A DNA stretch of 64,000 bases, from contig JANPFP010000125.1 of the NCBI GenBank assembly GCA_031423495.1, forward strand, positions 19,865-83,864, given 5' to 3'. Under the pieces are notes generated by a model, which did no database searches, was not told where the DNA came from, and saw nothing but the letters and a program-made list of their open reading frames with translations. Numbering within the stretch: position 1 is the stretch's first letter; the number at the start of each line of letters is the position of its first letter. The position numbers and the translations under genes are program-made. This document shows positions 49,038 to 59,413 of the stretch, piece by piece. The DNA is from Acidobacteriota bacterium. GTDB taxonomy: Bacteria; Acidobacteriota; Blastocatellia; RBC074.

Positions 49038-50807
49038 CTACCTTTGGCGTCGCGCGAAGCGCAACAGCGTCCAGCCCAACAGCGCGAACCACGAAATCAG
49101 TGATAAGCTATTGGCTAAGCGATAAGCCCAGGTACGACGCGCGAATTCAAACGTCAACGTATGCGCGCCTGCCGGAATCTCGCAACGCACCAAGCCGTTG
49201 AGCGCCTTCCACGCGAGCGGTTGTCCATCGAGTTGCGCCGACCAGCGAGGATAAGCGTAGGTTTCAAGTTGCACTTGCAACGGTTCTTCTGCGTTAAGTT
49301 GAAAGCGGCGGCGTTCGTTGGTGAGTTGTTGTGTGACGACGTTGCCGCGTCCGTCGAGGATGGTGAGTCCGCCGTATTGTTCTGTCGCAGGGTAAATCTC
49401 TTGATCGGCTTCCAGCGGACGGAAGTAAACCTGATTGGCGGTCAACGCGAGGCGCACGGGTTTGAGTTCGTCGGGCATTTCGCGGACGTAATAAAAAGGC
49501 ATCGGTTCAAACGATTGGTGGAAGGCTGATGGCAATGCGATGTCAGCTTCAGTTTGCGGAGCGCGCGCGATTTGTGCGGTGAGAACAGCGAGGCACAGGC
49601 CGGATAACACAACCACGGGCGTGAGCGTTAAGCGGCGTACGCGCGGGATGCTTTGCCAATACGTGATGACCAGCGCGCTCAGTGCGGAGGCGGCGAGCGC
49701 GGCGAAAGGCTGCCAACGCCACGGAAATTGAATGAACGCCAAGCCCGGAATCAGCTCCCAAAGCGGAACCGCCCAGGGCAGGGAAATCAGCAAACCGAAA
49801 GCGGCCACGGTCAGCGCCCAGTGTTTGATGGGGATCATCCCGATACGCCACAGCAACGCCACGCAGGCCGCGCATAACGCTGCTTGCAACAAAGTCATCC
49901 AGCTTGCGAGTTCGTTGAGTCCGAACCACGCGCGGCCAAAAGGCGTGTCGCGCACGAGCGGCGCAAACAGCAAGTACTGTCGAAAATCTTGCTGCGTCAG
50001 TTGCAAACCGACTTGCACCAAAGGCATTTCGAGTTGTTGCGGCAACCAGAAAAACGCCGTGAGCGCGAGCGCGGCTGCGGCGGCCAATCCCAAACGCAAA
50101 ACGTGGGGCCGCGTCCGTTGAGCCAGCACGACGAATAGCAGCAACCATCCGCACAGATAAGTCGTGATGACGTGAGTGAGAATCAAGGCACTGAGCGAAA
50201 GCACGAAAAGCCCAAAGCCGCGCCAGTTGTTTTCCTTCCTCAGCAATTGAAACGCACCGAGCAAGACGAGCGGCACTTCGGCCAGCGCCAACGCGTTCGG
50301 CAAGAAGGCGCGATGCAAGGCCAATAAGCTGAAAGTCGGCAACAGCACATAGGCTACGCTGATGAGCGCGCTCAAACCGCGTGTGAAAAAATGCCGCGCA
50401 AATAGATACGCTGAGAATTGCGCAAACCAGAGCGAAAAGATCGCGATGAATTTCAGCGCGCCCAACAACTTTGCGCCGCTGGCGAACATAAACAAAGCGC
50501 CCAGCCAATAAGCCAACGGCGGATAAAACGTGAAGATCGCATCGCCGCGTCCACCGTCGAGCAAGCCCGCCCAATGCGGAAACCAGTCGCCTTCTTGTGC
50601 GCTGCGCCAAAACGCGCGCATCAGATGATAGTGAATTGGCAAGTCGCCTTGCGCGCCGAATTCCGCGTTGCTCATACGCGGCAAGGTCAGCAACGCGGTG
50701 ACCACAGTCCATAGCAAAGCCACGAGCGCGAGCGGTTTTAGATTGGCGCGCTTTAGCATCAGTAGGTTATTGCGACGGAAGACATTGAGGAATTTGCATT
50801 TTTGCAC
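49038..50807 (-). CDS. Large polytopic membrane protein (possible glycosyltransferase-39/YfhO-like)
   Basis: 589 aa, >12 TM segments with a C-terminal soluble domain. Family not confidently assignable. Confidence 0.45.
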   Translation of the reverse strand: MQKCKFLNVFRRNNLLMLKRANLKPLALVALLWTVVTALLTLPRMSNAEFGAQGDLPIHYHLMRAFWRSAQEGDWFPHWAGLLDGGRGDAIFTFYPPLAYWLGALFMFASGAKLLGALKFIAIFSLWFAQFSAYLFARHFFTRGLSALISVAYVLLPTFSLLALHRAFLPNALALAEVPLVLLGAFQLLRKENNWRGFGLFVLSLSALILTHVITTYLCGWLLLFVVLAQRTRPHVLRLGLAAAAALALTAFFWLPQQLEMPLVQVGLQLTQQDFRQYLLFAPLVRDTPFGRAWFGLNELASWMTLLQAALCAACVALLWRIGMIPIKHWALTVAAFGLLISLPWAVPLWELIPGLAFIQFPWRWQPFAALAASALSALVITYWQSIPRVRRLTLTPVVVLSGLCLAVLTAQIARAPQTEADIALPSAFHQSFEPMPFYYVREMPDELKPVRLALTANQVYFRPLEADQEIYPATEQYGGLTILDGRGNVVTQQLTNERRRFQLNAEEPLQVQLETYAYPRWSAQLDGQPLAWKALNGLVRCEIPAGAHTLTFEFARRTWAYRLANSLSLISWFALLGWTLLRFARRQR

Positions 50808-50948
50808 CCACGATCAACCCAAACCATTTGATGACCGGCATTGTCACTTATCCATTTTCAATTGTTAGGCAGGGGTAAACCTTAATAACGACGGCCTTTG
50901 CCAATAATTTAAAATGGATAAGGGATAATGCTGGTCGCCAATGTGAAG

Positions 50949-51959
50949 CTAGGAAACTTTGACGATGAGTTTGCCTTGATTGGAACCATCGAAGAGTTTG
51001 CTCAAGGCTGAGGGGGCATTCTTTAAGCCTTCGACCACATCTACGCGATATTTGAGCTTGCCTTGTTGGAACCATTCGCCCAAATCTTTCATCGCTTCCT
51101 GCGCGCGCGGCATGTAATCGGTCACGATGAAACCCTGCATCTTCGCGCGTTTGGCAATCAGATTGATCATATTGAAGGGGCCAGGCGCTGACTCACTGGC
51201 GTTGTATTGCGAGATCATTCCGCAGACCGAGATGCGCGCGCCCAGATTGATTTGCCCCAGCACTGCACTGAGTATCTCGCCGCCGACGTTCTCGAAATCA
51301 ATATCAATGCCCTTAGGACATTCGCGGCGCAGCGCAGTCGAAACCTTTTCTTTTTTGTAATTGATGGCTGCGTCAAAGCCGAGTTCGTCAACGATCCATT
51401 TGCACTTGTCATCGCTGCCCGCGATGCCTACGACGCGGCAGCCTTTGATCTTGCCAATTTGACCGACGAGCGAGCCGACGGCTCCGGCGGCGGCGGATAC
51501 GACCAGCGTTTCGCCTTCTTTGGGATCGCAAATATCGAGCAAGCCGAAATACGCCGTGAGGCCGATGTGTCCGAAAAGACCGAGATAAGCCGTCAACGGC
51601 AAGCCGGGCATCTCAGGCAACTTGCTTACGCCTTTGCCGTCGCTCATCAGATATTCCTGCCAGCCGATCATGGTTTGTACGTGATCGCCGACCGCGAACT
51701 TGGGGTTATTGGATTCTTCGACGATGCCGACTGCGCCGCCTTCCATCACTGCGCCGAGGGCGATTTCGTCGCGGTAAGAACCGCCCTCGCGCACCCAGCC
51801 GCGATTGGCGGGATCGAGCGAAAGATACAGCGAGCGAATCAAAATCTCGCCGTCTTGCAGCGCAGGCACAGGCGTTTCGATCCAGTTGAAATTGGCTTCG
51901 GTCAAATCGCCGACAGGGCGCGAAGCGAGTTGCCATTGATGGTTGATGCGTTCAGTCAT
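50949..51959 (-). CDS. NADP-dependent medium-chain dehydrogenase/reductase (alkenal/one oxidoreductase-like)
   Basis: 336 aa. Cofactor motif AAAGAVGSLVGQIGK. Confidence 0.75.
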   Translation of the reverse strand: MTERINHQWQLASRPVGDLTEANFNWIETPVPALQDGEILIRSLYLSLDPANRGWVREGGSYRDEIALGAVMEGGAVGIVEESNNPKFAVGDHVQTMIGWQEYLMSDGKGVSKLPEMPGLPLTAYLGLFGHIGLTAYFGLLDICDPKEGETLVVSAAAGAVGSLVGQIGKIKGCRVVGIAGSDDKCKWIVDELGFDAAINYKKEKVSTALRRECPKGIDIDFENVGGEILSAVLGQINLGARISVCGMISQYNASESAPGPFNMINLIAKRAKMQGFIVTDYMPRAQEAMKDLGEWFQQGKLKYRVDVVEGLKNAPSALSKLFDGSNQGKLIVKVS

Positions 51960-51964
51960 TGCGG

Positions 51965-52048
51965 ATGCTCCTTGGTTTTAGCATGTAGTACCGGCTTCAG
52001 CCGGAACGTTTTGGTTGTTGAAACATTCCGGCTGAAGCCGGTACTACA
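51965..52048. repeat. Long near-perfect palindrome (~34-bp arms), REP/terminator-like
   Basis: TTAGCATGTAGTACCGGCTTCAGCCGGAACGTTTTGG|TTGTTGAAACATTCCGGCTGAAGCCGGTACTACATGC between two minus-strand genes. Confidence 0.55.
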
Positions 52049-52054
52049 TGCGCT

Positions 52055-53281
52055 TTATATTTCCCGTCGCAGCGGCGCGACGATGTTTGCGATGAGTGTG
52101 CCTGCCACTAAAGCGACAGCAGTCAGAATCATTTTGAAGGTCGTGTCTACGCCAGAGATGACCTGTTTGTCGAGCAGGGCGGCGAGACCGCGAAAGCCTA
52201 CGCTGCCCGGTACGAGCAGCAAGATGCCCGGCACTTGCGTGATCAACGCCGGACGATCAAAGGCGCGCGCATAACAACGGCTGGCGACGCCTACGACGAG
52301 TGCGCCGATGAACGCGCCGAGGTCAGAGCCGAACCAGCGCGTACCCGCTTGGCTGCCAATGACGGCGAGCGCACCGGCGACGGCGATCCAGATGGCGTCG
52401 CGGGCTTTGGCGCGCAGCAAGACGGTGAACGCGAGCGACATCGCAACGATAGCCAACCATTCCGTCCACGCGGGCAAGGCGACAGCGCGCGCGATGCGCG
52501 GTTCGTCGAGCCACGCGGTGATCAGCGTATTGCCCATCGCTACGCCAAAGCCCATGCCGAGGAAGGTGACGAAAGCCGAACTCAACCGCGCCGTGCCCGA
52601 CGCCAAATGTTGCGTAGACAATTCGATCATCGCCACCGTCAGCGTGAGGCCGGGCATAAGGATGATGAGGCCCGCCAGCGCCGCGTTCGACACGGCAAAA
52701 GCGCCGAACACCAAACTAAACGCCGCCGCCAGAAACGTAGCCACAAACGCCGCCATCGGTTCAAAGACGCGCCCGACTGACGACCACCGCCCCGCGAGCA
52801 GCGCGAGCAAGCCGATGACAAAACCCAACACCGCAGACAATCCGATCTCTTTCAATCCTCCCCCTAAAAAGCGCGAAGCCGCCGCCGAAGCCAACGCGAA
52901 AGCCATGACAGTCAACGGTTGCGAATAGCGCGCAGGCGCGGCTTCTATTTCTTCAATGCGTTGTGAACCATTCGTCACGCTCTCATTGCCGCGCAATACG
53001 CCCACGGCGACGGCATCGAGATCGGCGAGTTTGCCGAGGTCTTGTCCGCCGGGGTTTACGCGCAAAAGATAAGTGTGCTGCTGTTCTTCACGACCGAAGG
53101 CCGCAAAAATCGAAGTCGGCGTCGAAAAGAATTGCCCTTCCAAGCCGAGCTTCTGTGCCGCGCGTTCGAGAATATCTTCGAGCCGATGCGCGGGTATGCC
53201 GTAACTGTGCAAGGCGCGCGCGAGTCGCAAGACAAAGCCGATTTCGGCGCGGGTTTCAGTTGGTGGTTGAAGTTCAGTCAT
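52055..53281 (-). CDS. ThrE-family (YjjP/YjjB-like, DUF1212+DUF3815) putative amino-acid/carboxylate exporter
   Basis: 408 aa. N-terminal soluble region then ~10 TM helices. Confidence 0.55.
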   Translation of the reverse strand: MTELQPPTETRAEIGFVLRLARALHSYGIPAHRLEDILERAAQKLGLEGQFFSTPTSIFAAFGREEQQHTYLLRVNPGGQDLGKLADLDAVAVGVLRGNESVTNGSQRIEEIEAAPARYSQPLTVMAFALASAAASRFLGGGLKEIGLSAVLGFVIGLLALLAGRWSSVGRVFEPMAAFVATFLAAAFSLVFGAFAVSNAALAGLIILMPGLTLTVAMIELSTQHLASGTARLSSAFVTFLGMGFGVAMGNTLITAWLDEPRIARAVALPAWTEWLAIVAMSLAFTVLLRAKARDAIWIAVAGALAVIGSQAGTRWFGSDLGAFIGALVVGVASRCYARAFDRPALITQVPGILLLVPGSVGFRGLAALLDKQVISGVDTTFKMILTAVALVAGTLIANIVAPLRREI

Positions 53282-53303
53282 TTCATTTTGCTAACGCGGC
53301 AGC

Positions 53304-53410
53304 GTGTCCGTAGCCCGACCGTAAGCGAGGGCTGCCTTGACGATGCGCTTGATGATGCCGAAGGGCGCAACGCCAAGGCAGCCCTCGCTTACGGTCGGGC
53401 TACGGACACG
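53304..53410. repeat. Palindromic intergenic repeat, family 1 (copy 3)
   Basis: GTGTCCGTAGCCCGACCGTAAGCGAGGGCTGCC...GGCAGCCCTCGCTTACGGTCGGGCTACGGACAC. The central GATGCCGAAGGGCGC core is shared with the 1941-2045 copy. Confidence 0.8.
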
Positions 53411-53411
53411 G

Positions 53412-54236
53412 TCATTCAAACAGTCCGCCTTGTTGTGGTTCCAGTCCCAGCACTTCGCGCACCGGACGAAAGCTGCGGCGATGGATGGGCAGCGCGCCGC
53501 GTTCGCGCAAGGCCGCGAAATGTTCCGGCGTCGGATAGCCTTTGTGCGAAGCGAAACCGTAACCCGGATAGGCGCGTTCGAATTCATCCATCAGCGCATC
53601 GCGCGCGGTTTTCGCCAAAATCGAAGCCGCCGCAATGCTCGCCGACAGGCTGTCGCCTTTGATGATGCCGCGTTGCGGTTGCTTGATGACGGGGATGGTG
53701 CGCGCGTCTACTAAAACGTAATCAGGCTTTTGCGCGAGCGATTCGACGGCGCGGCGCATCGCCAGCAGTCCGGCGTGATAAATGTTCAGGCGATCAATTT
53801 CGACAGGTTCGGCTTGCGCGACGGCCCACGCGACGGCGTCGGCTTTGATTTGCACGGCGAGCTTTTCGCGTTGCGCGGCGTCGAGCTTTTTTGAATCGTT
53901 GAGTTCGCGCAACTTGTAACCTTCGGGCAAGATGGCGGCGGCAGCGACGACCGGGCCAGCGAGCGGGCCGACACCGGCTTCGTCTACGCCGGCGACGAAT
54001 TTGAAACCTTGCTGCCAGAGTTCGTTTTCGTATTTCAGCAAGAAGCGCAATCGCTGGCCTTCGATTTGATTGGCCTGACGACGCTTGCGCAATTGTGCGG
54101 CGAGTTGGCGTGCGCCGCTGCGCGCGTCTTGTTCCAGCGCGATGAGCAAGCCTTGCGGCACGGCGTTATCGTCGTCCAGCAAACGAGCTTTGAGTTGCGT
54201 GACGGGCAGCGCCAGCCATTCGTCGAGTGAAGTCAT
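53412..54236 (-). CDS. rnhB: Ribonuclease HII with N-terminal extension
   Basis: [20 protein letters not shown] catalytic DEAG motif. RNase HII core ~190 aa preceded by ~80 extra residues. Confidence 0.75.
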   Translation of the reverse strand: MTSLDEWLALPVTQLKARLLDDDNAVPQGLLIALEQDARSGARQLAAQLRKRRQANQIEGQRLRFLLKYENELWQQGFKFVAGVDEAGVGPLAGPVVAAAAILPEGYKLRELNDSKKLDAAQREKLAVQIKADAVAWAVAQAEPVEIDRLNIYHAGLLAMRRAVESLAQKPDYVLVDARTIPVIKQPQRGIIKGDSLSASIAAASILAKTARDALMDEFERAYPGYGFASHKGYPTPEHFAALRERGALPIHRRSFRPVREVLGLEPQQGGLFE

Positions 54237-54386
54237 CAGTAGTGAATCCGTTTTCTTGGGTTGAACGTAAAACCTGAAGCGCAGCGATTATAGCGATACG
54301 TTGCTTGGCGTCACACGCGGGCGTCGGAATAAAATGCGCAGCCGATGTGATAAAGATGAAAGCGAATCATTCGTGCGAGAGAAACT

Positions 54387-55364
54387 ATGCTCATAAAAAA
54401 AACTGACGACATCAAAAGCAGCGAAATCACCAGCGAAAGCGTTTATCTGAATCGCCGCAATTTCATTCGCGCGGCGACGCTGGCTGGGACGGTAGGCGCT
54501 TCGGGCTTGCTCTATCGCCGCTTGAATCCTGCCAGCCAGAAAACCGCTGTGCCAGTGACGGCGGCGAATAACACTGTCTCTGCCAGCTATCGCACGCCCG
54601 AAGGCGAAGCTGCGAATTCATTCGACGACATCACGACCTATAACAACTTTTATGAGTTTGACACCAGCAAGAGCGGCGTAGCCTCAGCGTCGCAAGGTTT
54701 CATCACGCGCCCGTGGACGGTGCGCGTAGAAGGTCTCGTCAATGAACCGCGTACCTTTGATCTCGACGATTTGCTCAAGCTCGCGCCGCTCGAAGAGCGC
54801 GTCTATCGCTTTCGTTGCGTCGAAGCCTGGTCAATGGTCATCCCGTGGTTGGGCTTGCCGCTGGCGACATTGCTCGCCGCCGTCGAACCGATGAGCAATG
54901 CGAAATACGTCAAGTTCGTCACGCTTTTTGATAAGCAACAGATGCCGAACCTGCGCACCGACATTCTCGATTGGCCTTACGCCGAAGGCTTGCGAATGGA
55001 TGAAGCGATGAATCCGCTGACGCTGTTGGCGAGCGGGTTGTATGGCAAATCGTTGCCGCCGCAAAACGGAGCGCCGCTCAGATTGGTTGTGCCGTGGAAG
55101 TACGGATTCAAGAGCATCAAGTCCATCGTGCAAATCGTGCTGATGGAAGAACAGCCGCGCACTACGTGGAATATGGCGAACGATGAAGAGTACGGTTTTT
55201 ATTCCAACGTCAACCCGCAAGTAGACCATCCGCGCTGGAGCCAAGCCACTGAACGTCGCATCGGCGGCCTCTTCGGCTCGCGCATCGAAACCAAAATGTA
55301 CAACGGATACGCCGATCAAGTCGCGTCTATGTACGCAGGCATGGACTTGAAGAAAGATTTTTAG
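54387..55364 (+). CDS. msrP: Protein-methionine-sulfoxide reductase catalytic subunit MsrP (YedY, molybdopterin)
   Basis: 325 aa. Tat signal [13 protein letters not shown]. Sulfite-oxidase-like Mo domain ([11 protein letters not shown]). Confidence 0.8.
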   Translation: MLIKKTDDIKSSEITSESVYLNRRNFIRAATLAGTVGASGLLYRRLNPASQKTAVPVTAANNTVSASYRTPEGEAANSFDDITTYNNFYEFDTSKSGVASASQGFITRPWTVRVEGLVNEPRTFDLDDLLKLAPLEERVYRFRCVEAWSMVIPWLGLPLATLLAAVEPMSNAKYVKFVTLFDKQQMPNLRTDILDWPYAEGLRMDEAMNPLTLLASGLYGKSLPPQNGAPLRLVVPWKYGFKSIKSIVQIVLMEEQPRTTWNMANDEEYGFYSNVNPQVDHPRWSQATERRIGGLFGSRIETKMYNGYADQVASMYAGMDLKKDF

Positions 55365-55365
55365 T

Positions 55366-55441
55366 CGCTAGTGGCTGGTGGCTAGTGGCTAGTTTTTTCT
55401 AGCCGCGACTAGCCACTAGCCACCAGCCACTAGCCACTATT
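55366..55441. repeat. Palindrome of TAGTGGCTAGTGG-type units between msrP and msrQ
   Basis: GTCGCTAGTGGCTGGTGGCTAGTGGCTAGTTTTTTCTAGCCGCGACTAGCCACTAGCCACCAGCCACTAGCCAC. Related to 44687-44783. Confidence 0.6.
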
Positions 55442-55442
55442 T

Positions 55443-56072
55443 ATGACCAAGCAAGACATTCAATTCGCCAAGTACGTCGTATTAACCAACAGCCTCTTAC
55501 CGCTCGCGTTGTTGTTGTGGGATTGGTCGCGCGGGCAATTGGGCGCGAATCCGTTGGAGTATCTGACGCATACGACGGGTACGCTGACGCTGATCTTTTT
55601 GTGTGTATCGCTTGCCGTCACGCCGCTGCGCAAAGTGCTGGCGCAACCGTGGCTGGGGCAGGTGCGGCGAATGTGCGGCTTGTTCGCGTTCTTTTATGGC
55701 TCAGTGCATTTGCTGACGTATGTGTGGTTCGACAAGTCGTTTGGGCTGTCGGTGATTCTGAAAGACGTGGCACAACGCCGCTTCATCACCTTGGGCATGT
55801 TGAGTTGGCTGGTGATGTTGCCGCTGGCGCTGACTTCGACGAATGCGATGGTGAAAAAGTTAGGCGGCAAGCGTTGGAACCGTTTGCACAAGCTAGCTTA
55901 CGTCGCGGCGATTGCCGGAGTCGTCCATTATTACCTGTTGGTCAAAGCCGACATCACCAAGCCCGTCGCGTTTGGCGTTGTGGTCGCTGTGTTGTTGGCC
56001 TATCGCGTGGCGAATAAGTACTTGCCCGATTGGACGCAGCGCAAACCGGTACGGGCTGTGACCGTGCGTTAA
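55443..56072 (+). CDS. msrQ: MsrQ (YedZ) heme-binding membrane subunit
   Basis: 209 aa. Six TM helices. Conserved His residues for heme b. Immediately downstream of msrP. Confidence 0.75.
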   Translation: MTKQDIQFAKYVVLTNSLLPLALLLWDWSRGQLGANPLEYLTHTTGTLTLIFLCVSLAVTPLRKVLAQPWLGQVRRMCGLFAFFYGSVHLLTYVWFDKSFGLSVILKDVAQRRFITLGMLSWLVMLPLALTSTNAMVKKLGGKRWNRLHKLAYVAAIAGVVHYYLLVKADITKPVAFGVVVAVLLAYRVANKYLPDWTQRKPVRAVTVR

Positions 56073-56075
56073 TTC

Positions 56076-56165
56076 GTATCGCAACCTGTTAGGTTGCGAA
56101 GCCTTCACCAAAGAACCGATGGGCTAACACCCGAAGCCTTCGCAACCTGACAGGTTGCGATACCA
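56076..56165. repeat. Long palindrome (~30-bp arms), terminator/REP-like
   Basis: GTATCGCAACCTGTTAGGTTGCGAAGCCTTC...GAAGCCTTCGCAACCTGACAGGTTGCGATAC just after the msrQ stop. Confidence 0.55.
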
Positions 56166-56352
56166 AAAACTCTCAAAGCCTTCTCGCCAACTTAAATCCG
56201 TCGTAAGATGCGCCCGCATCTCCAAGCAAATTGAAAGTCAGTCCGATTTCTTGAACTTCCCCTGACGCCTTTCGTAACTCACACACGAAAGACGCCCGCA
56301 GTCGAAACGGCTTACAGTTCACTCGCAGCACGAGCCGTGGCGAGCGTTTTCA

Positions 56353-57045
56353 ATGATGGAAGCATTCTTATTCATTTCGCTTTTCCTGCTTGCCGTTGTA
56401 GGCATCGGCTTTTGGTTCGCCGCCAAGCCGCGACGCATTTCAACGGCACTCCCGACGAACAACACTTTTGCTCACGTGCCGCCGGGCCGCGCGCTTTTCG
56501 CCAACGAAGAAGCGGCTGCGGAATTCGTGGCGGCAGAAGCTGAACGCCTTGCGGTTGAGGCGCGCGAACTGCAATTGCAACGCGCGCACAGCGGAGACGT
56601 GTCGGTGTTGTCCGAAGTGCAAGAAGACGCTGCGCTTTATCGCGCGGCGTTGGATGCGCTAACTGAGGAAGCGAATGATGAGGCTGCGTTGCAAGCTCTG
56701 ACGCAAGCGGTGTTGCAACAAACTGACTGGCTGACTTCGCCGCGTTTGGCACAAGCGGTCATTCAACGTGTGCAGTCGTTCGCATTCAACGATGTATTGC
56801 ACACAGCAGCTTTGAGCGGTGACGCCGCGTGTTATCAGCAAGCGGTCGAAGCCGTACTGATAAACTGGCAAGCCGGAAAGTTGCCGCGATTGACAGCGGC
56901 GCAAGTGAGTGAATCCATCAAAAGCGAGTATTGGCTGCTCTCGTCTGAAGCCAGAAATTCAGGCGCAGGATTTTTGCTCAAACAGAAACTCGTTGCCGTG
57001 CGTCGTGAGCTAGCGGCGGTGGCGCAGCGGGTTTCGATCAAATAG
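56353..57045 (+). CDS. Hypothetical protein with N-terminal TM helix, Ala/Gln-rich
   Basis: 230 aa. Coding-like codon bias. No motif. Confidence 0.4.
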   Translation: MMEAFLFISLFLLAVVGIGFWFAAKPRRISTALPTNNTFAHVPPGRALFANEEAAAEFVAAEAERLAVEARELQLQRAHSGDVSVLSEVQEDAALYRAALDALTEEANDEAALQALTQAVLQQTDWLTSPRLAQAVIQRVQSFAFNDVLHTAALSGDAACYQQAVEAVLINWQAGKLPRLTAAQVSESIKSEYWLLSSEARNSGAGFLLKQKLVAVRRELAAVAQRVSIK

Positions 57046-57060
57046 TTCATTGAGATCAAC

Positions 57061-57189
57061 GCGAAGCGTGTCCGTAGCCCGACCGTTAGCGAGGGCTACC
57101 TTGAGGATGTTTTGATTGGGTTCGGTGACGCCGTTGCGTCCAGTGCCGAGGTAGCCCTCTCTTACGGTCGGGCTACGGACACGCTTCGC
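57061..57189. repeat. Palindromic intergenic repeat, family 1 (copy 4, extended arms)
   Basis: GCGAAGCGTGTCCGTAGCCCGACCGTTAGCGAGGGCTACC...GGTAGCCCTCTCTTACGGTCGGGCTACGGACACGCTTCGC. Confidence 0.8.
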
Positions 57190-57193
57190 GCAC

Positions 57194-59413
57194 TTGAATG
57201 AGCTAACAAAACAAGTAACTCGGCTAGCAAAGGATTATCTTATGGCAGGTTTTACCCCAATTTTTATAGGGCTGATGGCAATCGGCGCGTTGGTCGTGCT
57301 GTATGTCTTCCGCAAAGTTTTCGTCAACGTAGGCGCGCAAGAGATCGCAATCAAAGAGCGCCGCTACATCGGCGCGAAGATGCCGCCCGGTCGTGTCGTT
57401 GCGACCGAGGGCGAGGTCGGCATTCAGGCTGACGTACTCAAACCCGGCCTGCATTTCATCAAGTACCCGTTTGAGCAAGTCGTCAGAAAAGTGCCGCTCA
57501 TCGAAATCGCTTCGGACGAGATGGGCGTGATCGAAGCCATTGACGGCGACCCGTTGCCGCCGGGGCGCATTTTCGCGCCCGACCGCGCGCAAAACGCGCA
57601 CAACAACTTTCAAGACCCGATTGCGTTTATCAAACAAGGCGGCGTCAAAGGCATTCAGATGCGCACCTTGCCGCCGGGCTTGTGGCCGATTCACCCTTAT
57701 CTGTTTCGCGTTTCGATGGCGAAATCCACGACGATTCCGCAAGGCAAGGTCGGCATCGTTATCGCTACTGACGGAACGTCGCTCGACGCGGGCTGTTTGC
57801 TGGCGCGTGCCATCGAAGGCCATCGCAACTTTCAGGACGCTGAACATTTCATCGCCGCGAACGGACAGAAAGGGCCGCAACTCGAACTGCTGACGCCCGG
57901 CACTTATCGCATCCTGACCAATTCGCTCGACCCTGACGACAACACGATCAAGTCGGGTTTGTTTTCGATACAACTGTTTGACGCGACGGTTATTCCCGAA
58001 AACCAGATCGGTTTGGTCGAAGCGTTGGACGGTTCGCCGCTCGACCCGCGTGATTACGTAGCGACGCCGGTCGAAGGCCACAAAAACTTTCAGGCCGGTC
58101 ATGCTTTCATTCAACTCGGCGGTCAACGCGGACCGCAAAAAGATTTGTTGTTGCCCGGCACTTATTACATCAATCCGCTGCTGTTTAAGGTCATTCCTGA
58201 AAAGGCCAATGAGATCAGACCCGGCGAAGTGGCCGTCATCGTTTCTAACGAAGGCAAAGACCCTACGCCTGAGATTCGCAAGGTGATGGCTGCCAAAGTG
58301 CGCGAAAAACTCGAACGCGAAGAGCGCGAACAACTCGCCGCTGCCGCCGCGCACCTCGACCAACTCGACGGCCAGAAAGGCGATGATCTCGCCCAACTCG
58401 AACACGAGCTTAAAGTATCCGACCCCGCCGACAAGCGGTTAGATCAGGGCGCGCACGAGGCTTATGTCATGCCCGCAGGCTTTCGCGGCATACAAGAAAC
58501 AGTCGTCGGCCCCGGTCGCTATTACATCAACACGCTGGCGGCTACGCCCGTCATCATCTTGACGACGAACCAAACCGTCGAATGGACTGCCGAAGAACTT
58601 GGCGGTTCGTTCGATCCGTTTGAAGTCATCTCGAAAGACGGTTTCACGATGCGCCTCGAAGTGCGCGTCGTCTTTCGCGTCAAACCCGAAGACGCGCCGT
58701 TTATGGTCGCCAAGATCGGTTCGATTGATCGGCTGATTCAAAACGTGATGCATCCGCTGATTGATTCGATCTTTCGCAATCAGGCCAGCGAATCGAGCGC
58801 GATGGCTTATCTGCAAAACCGCCACGAAGAGCAGGAACGCGCTGAAGCCCGGGTACGCGCGCACTTGCTCAAATACCATGTGGACGTCGTCAACGTACTC
58901 ATCTGCCACATTCGCTTGCCCGAAGAGCTGATGAAAACGCAGACGGAAAAGATTCTGGCCGAACAAAACCAGACGATGTATGACGCGCAACGCGAAGCCG
59001 AAACCAAACGCATCGAACTCGAAAAGACGCGCGCGCATGCCAACAACCAAAAGGCGTTGATGGAAGCGACCGTCGGCGTAGACATCGCCAGCCGCCGCGC
59101 TGAACAGCGCAAGTCTGAAGGCGAAGGCGAAGCGGCTTACATCCGCCAAACCGGCCAGGCCGAGGCCGAAAAGGTTCGTCTGATGGGCGAAGCGCAAGGC
59201 GTCGCTTACCGCGAACAAGTCAGCGCCCTCGGCGCGCAAGGCGTCGCGCTAGTCGAGACGTTAAAAGTCATCGGCGAAAAAGGCGTACGCATCACGCCTG
59301 ACATAATGGCGACCGGCGGCGGCAACGGCGAAGGCGGCGGCGGGATTGGCACGTTGTTGTTGCTCAATCTGTTTCGGGATCAGATGAAACAGAACGGCGA
59401 CGGCAAGGAATAG
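57194..59413 (+). CDS. Flotillin/SPFH (Band 7) family protein, unusually long
   Basis: 739 aa. N-terminal TM. SPFH-like region. Flotillin-type Ala/Glu-rich coiled-coil tail (EAETKRIELEKTRAHANNQKALMEATVGVDIASRRAEQRK...). Confidence 0.6.
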   Translation: MNELTKQVTRLAKDYLMAGFTPIFIGLMAIGALVVLYVFRKVFVNVGAQEIAIKERRYIGAKMPPGRVVATEGEVGIQADVLKPGLHFIKYPFEQVVRKVPLIEIASDEMGVIEAIDGDPLPPGRIFAPDRAQNAHNNFQDPIAFIKQGGVKGIQMRTLPPGLWPIHPYLFRVSMAKSTTIPQGKVGIVIATDGTSLDAGCLLARAIEGHRNFQDAEHFIAANGQKGPQLELLTPGTYRILTNSLDPDDNTIKSGLFSIQLFDATVIPENQIGLVEALDGSPLDPRDYVATPVEGHKNFQAGHAFIQLGGQRGPQKDLLLPGTYYINPLLFKVIPEKANEIRPGEVAVIVSNEGKDPTPEIRKVMAAKVREKLEREEREQLAAAAAHLDQLDGQKGDDLAQLEHELKVSDPADKRLDQGAHEAYVMPAGFRGIQETVVGPGRYYINTLAATPVIILTTNQTVEWTAEELGGSFDPFEVISKDGFTMRLEVRVVFRVKPEDAPFMVAKIGSIDRLIQNVMHPLIDSIFRNQASESSAMAYLQNRHEEQERAEARVRAHLLKYHVDVVNVLICHIRLPEELMKTQTEKILAEQNQTMYDAQREAETKRIELEKTRAHANNQKALMEATVGVDIASRRAEQRKSEGEGEAAYIRQTGQAEAEKVRLMGEAQGVAYREQVSALGAQGVALVETLKVIGEKGVRITPDIMATGGGNGEGGGGIGTLLLLNLFRDQMKQNGDGKE

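Noticed and set aside
49549-50712. 387-aa alternative-frame ORF on the same strand within the large membrane-protein gene (plus 51207-52274 +355 aa, 57224-58405 -393 aa, 58439-59239 -266 aa, 17645-18163 -172 aa, 8877-9461 -194 aa)
   Set aside because: All overlap better-supported genes, are Arg/Ala/Pro-rich, and lack any recognisable domain. Interpreted as GC-driven spurious ORFs.
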